A DNA stretch of 61,717 nt, counting the filler, from Trichosphaerium sp. ATCC 40318 (lineage: Eukaryota > Protista > Tubulinea), in assembly GCA_038496445.1 (NCBI GenBank). It is 3 parts of 3 records of this genome, joined end to end, with 100 filler letters (N's around TTAATTAATTAA, not from the genome) between each part and the next. Parts side by side here need not be neighbours in the genome. Positions count along the whole stretch, not along the records: positions 48,038 to 61,717 come from JALMLS010000298.1; 2 more parts are not named here. One strand, written 5' to 3'. The position numbers and the translations under genes are program-made. Shown one piece after another: positions 49,607-60,870 of this stretch. Positions within the stretch are counted from its first letter, which is position 1. Every line of letters begins with the position of its first letter. The notes beneath the pieces were generated by a model. The model was not told where the DNA came from, made no database searches, and saw nothing but the letters and a program-made list of their open reading frames with translations.

Positions 49607-51956
49607 ATGCGTATAATTCAAATAATATACCGCATGTTAAGTACATTGCTCTTTTTTGCGTCAAGCGTGCACGCTCAAAATCGTTGTTGCTTAGCTGATG
49701 GAATTCCTTACGCCTTAGGATCGGGGCAAGCTATTCCCTCTGGCGTTTTGCTTTCCCTTTATTTTTTGAAAATCTGCTACAATGGCTATCAGTTTCCCTG
49801 TAGTTATGCTTACAGTAGTGATGGTAGTATCGTTACCTATTCAATGCAAGGAAACGGCACTTTCAACGCTGCACAAATAGAGAGGGTGTTTGGTCTGCCA
49901 GGAGTAGCCAGTTCTCAACCAGCTTTTTCACCAGGGGGCCAATATATCGCTACGGCAGATTCCCAAAATGTCTTTGTTTTTGCTGTTGCATCACCTCCTT
50001 CACAAGTAAAACAATACGCCCTGCCCTCAGGCTCTCAGGGACCAGTTTCGATAGCATACTCACCAAATGGTCTTTATCTTGCAACTGCTAATAATCTGGA
50101 TAATTCAAATGATGTTACCCTCTTTAACGTCGACATTGCGTCCGGTGTCTTGTCGGGTGGTACATCTTATCCTTTACCTCCAGGAAGTTCCCTACATCAG
50201 TAGCATTCTCAACAGATAGCAATTATCTTGCAACTGCCAATAGTCAATCAGGCGATGTCACTATTTTTACGGTGCAAAATGGAGCTTTAACACCTAATGG
50301 AGGAACATCTTACTCTGTTCCCGGCGGTGTCGAGAAAGTAGTCTTTTCGCCTTATGGTTCATACTTAGCTGCATCAAATTATGCCGGAGTAACAATATTT
50401 AATTTTTCAGAAGGAATATTGACTGGTGGTACTTTTTATGCTTTGCCAAAGGGCTCTAGTGGCCTGTCTCAACTAGTCTTTTCAACGGACGGTCAGTGTG
50501 TTGCAACGGCAAATTATGGATCAAACGATGTATCCATTTTTGACTTCACATCCGGAGTATTAAGCAATGGGACATCTTTGTTGGTACCCGTTAACTCCTA
50601 CGCGCCTGCTCACTAGCTTTTGGGCCTGATGGATCGTATGTTGTTACTACTAATTCATACGGTGCTCAAATTGAATCATCACAAACAAAGAGTGGTTTCG
50701 CTCTGGTTTATTATGGTGGAATAACGGCTTTTCCAACTACCTGCTCCGCTCCTACCTGTATAACTCCCCTAACTGTATCAACAAATCCCGATTGTCGTAT
50801 AACACAAACATCGGTAAATACGTATTCTTTAACAGGGCAAGACTTTGGCGTTGGGGGTAATGTGGCACCAACTGCTATCGCATTCAGCCCTGATAGCTCA
50901 TATATTGCTATAAGTGTGGTTAATAATCTGCCGAATGAGTCAAGTATCAGTATGGTAGGGATCGTTTCGTTAACTGGTCAAGTAATGGGAACATATTCAA
51001 TACCAGGGTCATATCCATTATCAATAGCATTTTCACCAAATGGCGCATATCTTGCCACTGCTAATTCCGAATCAAATAACGTGACCATATTTACCATAGG
51101 AGCAGATGGGAGCCTAAGCGGCGGGATTAGTTATCCAGCAGGCTCTCAGCCCCAATCACTAGCATTTTCACCCGATAGCTCAAGCCTTGCTGTCGTTAAT
51201 CGTTTCTCAAGTGATGTGACAGTATTTAGTGTAGAAACTGGAGGCGTCTTAAGTAACCCCACTTCATATCAGCTACCTTCTTATTCGACGTACCCTGTTG
51301 CGGTAGCCTTTTCACCTGACGGCAACTATCTTGCTACCGCTAACCTCTATGGCACCGCTACGACTGATGTTGATCCATCTTTTTTACCCGATATTACATT
51401 ATTTGCTGTAAATAATGGTGTTTTAAGTAATGGCGTCTCGTATACTTTACCAGCTTCTACTACCCTACCAGCCTTCCCCAATCCTACAATTGTTTTTACT
51501 CCTGATAGCAGCAAGCTTATTGTTGGTGGACAAGTCTATGCTCTAAATAATGGAGTGTTATATAATGGGGGAGTTGTAAATTTTGATTACCAAATAGCTT
51601 CTTCAGGCAATGGCTATTTTGCTACAGCTTCGGAACAAAACACGTTAGCGATGTACGAGCTTAACGGTAACGATTTTAGTCTCGTTGATGTATCTAATCT
51701 CCCACCTGCTGCTTTTGGCTTTGCGTTGTCACCAAACAATGCGTATGCGGCATCCATACATAATGGGATAGCTGGAAGGTATGTTGGTCCAGGTAGTATA
51801 ACAATAGCTCAACTGACTTCATGCAATGCTACTCTTTCAGGTGGCTGCTCAACTACAACGCCTAGCCCGAGCGCATCATCTACTGCAAGCTCCTCCAGTG
51901 GCTCAAGGCTTACAAGGCCGATAGACGGTGTGCTATCTTATTTAGGTTTACCATAA
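49607..51956 (+). CDS. Secreted tandem beta-propeller protein (lactonase/WD40-like blades), paralog 1, two frameshifts
   Basis: Signal peptide; blades SYxLPxGSxxPxxxAFSPxGxYLAxANxxSNxVTIF; frame changes near 50190 and 50607; Ser/Thr tail. Confidence 0.85.
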
Positions 51957-51970
51957 AATCTCAAAATGCA

Positions 51971-51997
51971 GGGGCATCCCGTTTTGACGAGTGCCCC
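51971..51997 (+). terminator. Imperfect hairpin after paralog 1
   Basis: GGGGCA...TGCCCC stem 15 bp after the stop; no clear T tract. Confidence 0.35.
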
Positions 51998-52305
51998 AAT
52001 GCCTATAGTTTCTTACAACATACTTTTCGATGGCCTTACATCTAGCGTTTAGGAGGAAGCCTATGCATTTGCTGCAATTTACAAGATTATTTTACGATAA
52101 TGTTAATTTTATTGAGCTGACACATCTTTTGCCAGGATTAGTACATGCTTGATAAAAAATGGACAATGTTCTATCTTAGGCGTGTATTTTAAAAGAGCTA
52201 GAATGCTTATAAGCTTCTGCATAAACTACTAAACGTTTAAAAAAGTTTCTATCTGTGTTTTTGCTTACTGATTTGTATTCTAGGTAGTAAGAATAAGTTC
52301 TTCGT

Positions 52306-52773
52306 ATGTCTTCTTGTCGCACTTCTTTCAATTACAGTTATATAACGTTAGTAGTTTCTTTAATGCTCAGTGCCCAAACTTACGCTTCTTGTCCATCATT
52401 ATCAGGTATTAACTACCCGTTACCGCCTGTTCCTACAGCACCCTATATGGCTGTATTTTCGCCAAATGGCTTATACTGTGCAACAAGTAATTACAATTCG
52501 AGTGGTATAGGACCAAATAACGTAACACTCTTTAATCTTGAGACAGATGGTGGGCTGAGTGTGGGTATTTCGTATTCTTTGCCCTCTGGGTCTGGCTCAC
52601 CTGTCTCATTGGCCTTTTCACCCGATAGTGCCTATCTAGCTGTTGCTAATATTGATTCAAATAACGTAACCATCTTTAGCGTGGGAGCTAGAGGAATCCT
52701 AAGTGGAGCTCTATCTTACTCTTTACCAGCTTGCTCTCAAGAACCAAGCTCAGTAGCATTTTCTTTTCCCTGA
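52306..52773 (+). pseudogene. Beta-propeller paralog 2, truncated in the third blade
   Basis: Signal peptide and blades end abruptly at SVAFS, followed by unrelated sequence. Confidence 0.75.
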
Positions 52774-52984
52774 AAAACAACATCGTGATTTTGGGATTCC
52801 ACAGCTGTGCAAAAGCGCTCAAAGAATACCGAATGCAAACTTGATCAGGTAAGGTGGTCGTTTGATTGCCCCATAAGCGACATTTTGAATGAACGCACAT
52901 TCTGCTAATAATATCAATCTATAAAAAGCTTTCACTAGTCTCTCCTCATTAATCTCGATTGGTAGCAAGTAAAGAAGAGAATAT

Positions 52985-55215
52985 TTATAAAGCATTTGTC
53001 AAGAGAATCAGCCAAGCAGCTTTCTTTCCTCTCGACGCCGAGCTGCTTTGTGAACAGCCAGCTTTAAAGATTGTTACACTGTTAACATTGCTTGCGCTTG
53101 CAGCAGCAAGATATGTTCCATTCGGCGAAAATGCTAGATTGGTCGGACCATTAAGGGTCATACCCGGAATAGCGTATGAATTAGTTCCGATGATTATACC
53201 TTCGGTATTTACGCTAAATATGCTGACATCTTGTGAATTTCCATTGGCCGTCGCTATATACGAGCTATCCGGTGAAAATGCTATCGCAATCGGCCCTTTA
53301 GAGCCAGTAGGCAACAAATAGGATGTGCCGTTGCTTTGTATACCCCCAGCTCCTATGCTAAATATCGTTACTTCATTTTGATTATTAGATACAGCCAGAT
53401 ACAAGCCGTTTGGTGAAAATGCTGGCGACAAAGCTGCAGCAGCATTCGGTAATGAATACGAAGTGCCACCGTTAAGAACCCCTTCGGCATCCACCCTGAA
53501 CACTCGCATCTCAGCATTATTACCAGTGACAGCAAGGTATAAGCCATCAGGTGAAAATGTAAGCCAATTTGGGGAAAGACCTACCTGATCGGTATAAGGA
53601 TAACTCGTACCTCCGCTGAGAACATTTCCTGCAACATTAAATATCGTTATAAAACCATAACTGGCTCCATTAATATTAGTAATAGCAAGATACGAGCCGT
53701 TTGGAGAAAATGCCAATTTGCCGCCCCAGTTATCGGCGGAGTACCGGGTAGACCATAAGGAGTTCCGTTACTGAGGACGCCCGTTGCTCCAACACCAAAC
53801 ATTATTACGACATAAGAGGCATCGGAAATCTGTTCGCTGGTAATAGCAAGAGATGATCCGTCTGGCGAGAACGCGATGCCTATTGGTATCCATAACCAGA
53901 AGGCACAGGATAGGATGTACCGTTAGTCAAAATTCCGTTTGATCCTACACTAAATACAACTATATCGCCTGAAGTATAATCCCCTGTAACCAGGTGCGAA
54001 CCATCTGGCGAAAAAGCTACTGAGAAGGGGGCTTCAGAACCAGTGGGAGTGGGTAATTAGTACCTGAGCTTAAGTACTGACAAATAGAATTGCCAGTAGT
54101 TGCTCCAGTTGTCGTGGTTGTACTCGTTGTGGAACTAGAACCACATGTAACCGGAAGCGTGACTACAATATTATCTAAACTTGGGTTCACGCAAGCAAGA
54201 TAAAAGCCGTTGGGCGAAAATGCTAGTATTGTTGGGTCTGTAGAATCGGAAGGTAAAACATAGGAAGTACCTTGCTCAGATCTCCGCCGTTCCCACACTG
54301 AATAACGTTATATTGTTCGAATGGGTGTTGCTTGAAGCGAGGTATGAACCACCTGGTAGAAACGCTACTGAGTATGGACCTGAAGCATCAATTGGCAACG
54401 GGTAGGATATTCCATTACTAGGGCACCTCCCGCTCCTACGCTAAATATAGTCACGTCGTTAGAAGCGTTATTAGCCGTAGCGAGATAAGAACCATTTGGT
54501 GAAAATGCTACTGAGTAAGGTTTTGTAGAACCTGATGGCAAGAGTACGAAGTACCACCAGTGAGCGCTCCCCCCGATCCAACAGTAAATATAGTTATATT
54601 ATTTGAGCCAGAATTAGCTACAGCAAAGTAAGAACCGTCAGGTGAGAATGTTGCAAAATAAGGTACCGTAGAGCCCGCTGGCAAAGGATATGAAGTGGCA
54701 TTACTCAAAATACCTTCCACTCCAACATTAAAAATAGTTACGTTATTGGAGCTAGCATTGGAGGTAGCGAGATAGTTACCATTTGGTGAGAAAGCAACCG
54801 GAATTGGCTGACCCGAACCTGAAGGGAGACTATATGATGTGCCTCCATTTAACGCTCCGCCAGCGCCCACCGCATAGATAGTAACATCGTTTGAACCTGT
54901 ATTGGCAGTAGCTAGATAATCACTATTGGGCGAAAATGCGACCGAATTGGGCTGTAAAGAACCAAGTGGCAGTGCATACGTAATACCTCCAGTGAGCGCC
55001 CCTCCTGATCCTGCGCTAAATACTGTAACATTGCTTGAACTGTAGTTAGCAACGGCAAGATTATCGCCATTGGGTGAAACTACTACGGAAACCGGAAGCT
55101 TAGAACCAGAAGGTAATGGATACGAAGTACCAGATTGCAAAGAACACAGTGAGCTAGCCTCGATCCTTGAAGTAAATGCCAATATGGAGCCTAATAAGAG
55201 AAAACCAATCTTCAC
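52985..55215 (-). CDS. Secreted tandem beta-propeller protein, paralog 3, about six frameshifts
   Basis: Signal peptide; about 14 blades in two blocks joined by CGSSSTTSTTTTTGATTGNSIC; tail GCSQSSSASRGKKAAWLILLTNAL. Confidence 0.85.
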
Positions 55216-55549
55216 TACTTTATTCCTTTCGCATTTTTTCCTGATCAGCTGAAACAGCCGTGTACTTGAAAAAATCTAAAACCAAGAGATGTTTTTGAGA
55301 CAATAACAAACCTATTCAATCATGTCTAGAATTATGTTTGACTAAAAATAAGATATTTCTGGCTAAGTAAAACACGGATGAGAAAGCCTTTCCTTTCACG
55401 AATTTGTTGAACCTGTCTTGACAATCGATTGAACATTTGCTATCTAGATACAAATCTTTAAGGAAAAAATATCGTATAAAAAAAACTATTTGTAAATAAT
55501 AAAGCAATATTCAGTATAATTGTGTTTTTGGAGCGACAAGAATTGATCC

Positions 55550-55836
55550 AAGTGGTTGTTCATTGGTATTGCAGTCCGGTGCAAGTTATCCATTACCTTC
55601 TGGTTCTTCAAGTCCTCAGTCTATCGCATTTTCGCCTAACCTAGCTACTGCTAACCAAAATTCAAATAATGTAGCATCATTTACCGTATCCTGCGGCCAC
55701 TCCTACGACAACCTCAAAACCCAGCTCTTCATCGACAAAATCGAAGAATATGACAACTCGTTCAGCGGACTCTAGCGCGCTCTTGATCATAATGAAAATG
55801 ATAAACAAATTTATAACAGGAACGATTGAAAAATAA
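55550..55836 (+). pseudogene. Collapsed beta-propeller paralog 4 (one blade plus tail)
   Basis: GCSLVLQSGASYPLPSGSSSPQSIAFSPN-LATANQNSNNVASFTVSCG, then in another frame TPTTTSKPSSSSTK...ALLIIMKMINKF. Confidence 0.7.
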
Positions 55837-55853
55837 GCACAAAGCTCCATTTT

Positions 55854-55887
55854 CTAAAAGCCAAGGTAAATCTGTCTTGGCTTTTAG
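55854..55887. terminator. Hairpin, probable terminator
   Basis: 12-bp perfect stem CTAAAAGCCAAG / CTTGGCTTTTAG just after the paralog 4 tail. Confidence 0.5.
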
Positions 55888-56069
55888 GTGGCAACCATTC
55901 AATAACTGTACGGAAAATTTCTGAACCATCAGCCACTTTGCTTAAGCAAACAAAATTAATTTGAGCTACTAAATGGATTTTAGTGGCCTTGCTTGTACAT
56001 AATCAACTCACGTACTCAGCAATACGACTCAGTGAGTTAATGGTGAGTTGATTGAGTTGTATTAACGAT

Positions 56070-56937
56070 ATGAAATATAGCGAAAAAGAATCTTCGACTC
56101 TCGAGCTTAAGCGGAACCTTGCCAAGATGACCAGATTATCAAACTATTATTGGTTTCTGCAATCAAAATGGGGGCAAGATTGTAATTATAATGACGATAG
56201 TAGGCATGTCCGAAGGCGATACTCAAGCATGAATAAACCCTATTATAAGAAATCCGAAGGTCTTGATAAAGGCGCCTATGTTCGATTGGGAAGAAGTACA
56301 TTGCGAGCAAATGAGATATGATAGAGGAGTTCAAATGCCAACCTCGAGGCAAATCTTTTGACATGATGGCGGTTTATCAGGCATCGCTGAATGACCTCGA
56401 CTTCGACAAAATTGATGAGTTACTTAATCTTCGAAAAATAAACCATAAAACACGCATCACTATCGAAGATGCTCTTAATGCTTATAATCTGGCTATCCAT
56501 GAGCATGCTCACCATTATCCAACGGTAGCAGGCATACTTACATGCGGGAAAGATCCGCAGCGCTTTTTAATCAAGCATTTGTCATATGCACACAATTTGC
56601 AGGTATTTCAGGTAGGCAAGTGCTCGCCTCGCTTGACTGTACAGGAACACTCGTCAATCAATTTTACGAAGCTTACAATTTCATTCTAAGCAAACTTCAT
56701 CGCTCGTTTGTTATTCGGGACCCACAAAGAACCGAGGAGTTAGAAATACCTGAAATAGCCATACGCGAAATAGTGATGAATGCGCTTGTTCACCGGAATT
56801 ATCATCTTCAGGCACCAATTAAGATCGCCATTTTTGATAATAGAGTTGAGATATTCAGTCCTGGGGGTTTTCCAGGCCCTTTAAATACCGATAACCTTCT
56901 CTGCGGGCTTACATATAAAGGCGCTTATCTTTATTAG
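56070..56937 (+). pseudogene. AlbA_2 (Schlafen-like) + RecG C-terminal/HATPase_c_4 domain protein, frameshifted and shortened
   Basis: ESSTLELKR, AYVRLGRST, PEIAIREIVMNALVHRNY, IFDNRVEIFSPGGFP. Confidence 0.8.
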
Positions 56938-57005
56938 TATCTCAAAAATTGATTAAGCAAGTGGGTAGCGCTAAGGCGTCGCGTTATATAAAAGCGTGAG
57001 TGCAA

Positions 57006-57560
57006 TTAGCCGTCCTCTGCCGTTCTCATGAATGCCCATCCGTGGCTTATTGTCCTATGAAGAAGTAAGAACCCCTGGAGGCTTAAATGGTGTCTTTTCG
57101 GCATTGGGCCACGAGAAGGCTCGGTGGTCGATATTCTATGTAAGAGCTCTTTGCCCACCATCGCTGCTTGACCAAAGCTCATCATCAGCATCGCTTGAAC
57201 TGCCAGTTTAGTGGTTCCCGAGAAAGCAGTTTCGCTAGCAAAGAAAGCCGTGAGAAATAATGTTGTGGAAAATACAAGGCCTAGTAAAAATGAAAGGGTT
57301 TCAGGCACCGACAATCTCGATTTCACTTCATCAATATAATCGAAAAAATCTTTTGCGTCGCTTTGCCAACCCGACACACCTCTACTCAAAAGCGTATAAG
57401 GACTATAGAGTAGTAAGGCTGCCAATCGCTTTGCACCCTCATGACTCCCTCTAGCTATTATAGTGCCAACAGAAGGCTCTGAAGATCTTGCCTGACAAAA
57501 ACAAAGAGAGGGCAGGGCCACAACCGCCACTGCCGCTGCAAAAAAGAATGAGCTTTTCAT
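57006..57560 (-). CDS. Hypothetical membrane protein with signal peptide
   Basis: 184-aa ORF, upstream GAGGA RBS-like site, hydrophobic segments. Confidence 0.6.
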   Translation of the reverse strand: MKSSFFFAAAVAVVALPSLCFCQARSSEPSVGTIIARGSHEGAKRLAALLLYSPYTLLSRGVSGWQSDAKDFFDYIDEVKSRLSVPETLSFLLGLVFSTTLFLTAFFASETAFSGTTKLAVQAMLMMSFGQAAMVGKELLHRISTTEPSRGPMPKRHHLSLQGFLLLHRTISHGWAFMRTAEDG

Positions 57561-57786
57561 AAGTATAATTCCTCATAACCAATATTATATTATTAACTAT
57601 TCTACATTATTTGAATAGTATGACAAAGCTTTTGTTCAGCAAGATGAGATTATATGTACGGGATATTTGAGAGCCTATCTCAAAAGCCAAGCGACATTAA
57701 TAAGGCTGGTTCGATCATTTTGACAAATATATGTTGTCTTATTAGGATACAATCTACATAGATACTCATTAAGCACGAGGTTAAAG

Positions 57787-59272
57787 GTGATCTTAAAGAC
57801 TGCGCTCATTGGTTTTGCTTTTTTCATATGTTTCATCAATTCTATTGAGGCAATGGAGGGACTAAAGAGGGTTTTCAATAGAGTCAAAAAAAAGCCAGAA
57901 AAAGCTATGCTGAATACGAAAAAGCCATTTGTGGGTCGCAAAAAGCCTGAATCGCCTTATGAGGCTCTTTCGCTGGCCGTTCAAGATGGCGATCTTATGA
58001 CCATTGAAAAATTGCTGCAGGAAGCAGACCTTGAACAAGAACATGATCAAGGATATTCTCTTTTGCACGTTGCGGCTTTTTATGATCAACCTGAGGCTCT
58101 GGATAAAATTAGCCAATATTATAAGCACTGGCAATTCAGGATTAGCGATGCCGTTATACTATTGTTCATGTTGCTGCAGTTAGTTGTAGTCTCAAAACAA
58201 TTACGTGGTTAATGAGTCAACTTTCTCCTGTTGATTTGAATATGGCTGATAAAAGCGGTAGGACTCCTTTGGATTTACTCCTTGAACAAGCTCCCACGAA
58301 TAAGAGGTTAACAATTGCTCAAATGCTCATCATGAATGGCGCTAAGGTTTCAAAGATATCTGATGTGGATAAGATCAAGATTGCTCGTTTGAATTTACGA
58401 AAATGTATCAATTTACTCAACATGTTGAACGCGGAAAACCGAGACGACAAGGCCCACCGCTCGAACAACTTACTGCGTCTGTATTGGATTTGATGCGCAC
58501 CCTTATCGAAATCAGCCCAAGCATCGTAACGGCAGCTGATGAGTCGGGAGATACAATACTTCATAAAGCAATTCTTGGGAGAAATCACGATGTAATCGAG
58601 CTTATCCTCAGCTATAGAGAGGAATCTGAATATGCTCTATCTCGCCCTAACGCCACAGGCTAACGCCATTAGAATTAGCAAAACAGGAGGCACAATACGG
58701 CGAGGCAGCAGAGCTTATATATGAGCACATTAAGCTATTCATAGAAGATCTGGCTAATCGACAAAATCAATCAGTTGACGATTACTTAAGATCTTCAAGG
58801 CAGTTGCCTACAGCAGCGTATCGATTTGATGAAAAAGATGAAAAAAATGACCCGCTTGATCATGAAGGCGATCCGCTCACTGAAATTACTCATGCCATGA
58901 GCCCAAGAAGCGCTTTAAGCCATAATGAGGAAGAAGATAGCAATGATCTTGGAACCGTAAGAATAATGGACAGCCAAGAGAGCGATGAAGAGGTTTTTGA
59001 ACTGGATGATCCTATTAGTACCGAAGAAGGTCTACCTCTGCCTGGACGTTGCGCGCCAGAAATAGCGAATCTTGGCCTGTCTGGAATTGATGTTTTTCAA
59101 AAAAAAATTACCAAGTACATCAGCAAGTGTTATTTCCGGTAATCAATCAAAGTGGCTTTTCCGTCTAGCGAGCACAGCAACCATAATAGCTGCATTTTGT
59201 GGACTCAAACAGGCTTACCATTATTTCTTTGCCAACAAATACGCTCCCCAAGGCCAAAAAGCAGAACTGTGA
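57787..59272 (+). CDS. Secreted ankyrin-repeat protein with acidic region and C-terminal hydrophobic segment, several frameshifts
   Basis: Signal ...INSIEA then MEG; GYSLLHVAA, DKSGRTPLDL, DESGDTILHKA across successive frames. Confidence 0.8.
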
Positions 59273-59698
59273 AAAATATCCCTGATTCGCTGGTGCCCAA
59301 GAAACAATACGCAATGAAATAACCTAGGCGGATAGTTATGATGTGCATGAACTGAAAAACTTGCTGCCGTTCTTCTCGCCAGACTTTCATATCTTGCGAT
59401 AGCCAATTAGTTATTGCACAAATATATCATGTAGCTCTTAAATGAATTCATTTAGAAATTAATTATATGACATGGCAAAAAATAGCCAAATTTGACTCAG
59501 ATTTAACGAAATTATTTGTACGATGGATTTTATTACTGAGTCATTTTTCATTCGTCCTGCCTTATTATTGATCGCCCCTATCTATTTAATTAAGAGAATA
59601 GTTTAATTTTTTTTTTAAAATTTTTTTCTTATAGCAAATAGATGGTAAGGTAAATGATATCCATATTTTTTTGTTAAATACTTCATAGGGATTCCTAC

Positions 59699-60120
59699 AT
59701 GACGATTCAAAAAAAGATATGCCTGAAAAAGACCGTAATTAAGGCTTTATTTTTTTCCATGTTAACAAATCAGATTTGTTGACATGGAAAATCTGCGTTT
59801 TACCAGTAAGGCAAGCCCTGGAAGATATCTTAATTTCGTTGGGGATGCGAAGAAGGCCATGATTGGTAGACAAAGCTCTAAGAAAAAAGACCTCAAAACC
59901 TAAAAGTAATGATGGTTATGTGCCTCCCAAAAATACTAGCGGAGGGAAGATACGTCATCCAATAACAGGACAATATGGTTGGCTTGATGATAGCGGCAAT
60001 GTTTGGGCACCAAGCGGTGCACATGGCCACGCAGGGCCTCATTGGGATACAATTGATCCCAAAGGAAGGCGAGTTAATAATATATACCCTGGAGGAATGC
60101 GCGACCTCCTAAATCTAAAT
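59699..60120 (+). CDS. Polymorphic toxin with Ntox37-like C-terminal domain and probable signal peptide (frameshifted)
   Basis: YVPPK...GWLDDSGNVWAPSGAHGHAGPHWDTIDPKG...NIYPGG matches my recollection of the Ntox37 pattern (GNVWVP..GHGGPHWDV). Confidence 0.7.
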
Positions 60121-60124
60121 AATC

Positions 60125-60361
60125 ATGGATACACAAGTTACTCTTATCTTTACCCCTCTTACCTTTTATTCTCCTCGGTTTGATGAGGATATGATGTTTG
60201 CATGGCTTAAGAAAATTAAGTGCGTAAAAGGATTTAAAGGCATAGGTAGAAAACTCCATGTCTATATCCAATCAACAAATATATCCAAGTTAGAGCTGCT
60301 AGAATTAATGGGCCTTTGCGAACGATACAATTATGATATGGAACAACTTAATAATAATTAA
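60125..60361 (+). CDS. Putative cognate immunity protein
   Basis: Small gene directly after the toxin; FYSPRFDEDMMFAWLKKIKCV...GIGRKL...RYNYDMEQL. Confidence 0.65.
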   Translation: MDTQVTLIFTPLTFYSPRFDEDMMFAWLKKIKCVKGFKGIGRKLHVYIQSTNISKLELLELMGLCERYNYDMEQLNNN

Positions 60362-60870
60362 CCATATTTTCATTCTGATCCTTACCCCTAGCGTGAGCTG
60401 GTCTGTAAAAAAAGAGTTCCCACGAAGAGGGTAAATAGTATAGCATGTCTCATAACATATTTCTTCCAGAGTGATTAAGAGATTTAATAATAATTCTCCG
60501 ATCATAACTTAAATTAGGTTAAGCTTTTGACTCCGCCCACGCTTTTTAGCGTCGTTACTTTCAATAAAAAAATAAAATAATAGAAATTCAAGACTTTTAA
60601 GTAAGAGATCTTTCAAAAAGAGAGCAAGCTTGTTGTTCAAATGTAGCCGCATATGCGGAGAGCGAGATATGCTCTCTATTGAGATATTCCAATCTTATGC
60701 TTTAGAAAATCACTTTCTTGCCGCTTCTTTCAATACTTGCATTGAATTTTTTTAAGCCATGGAATACTTATTTGAGTAACTGGAAGAACCAAATAGAAAT
60801 AAATTATAATAATATATTGTTTTTTAAAAACCATTTTATATAATTAAATAGACAATTAAAAGAGGGCGCT

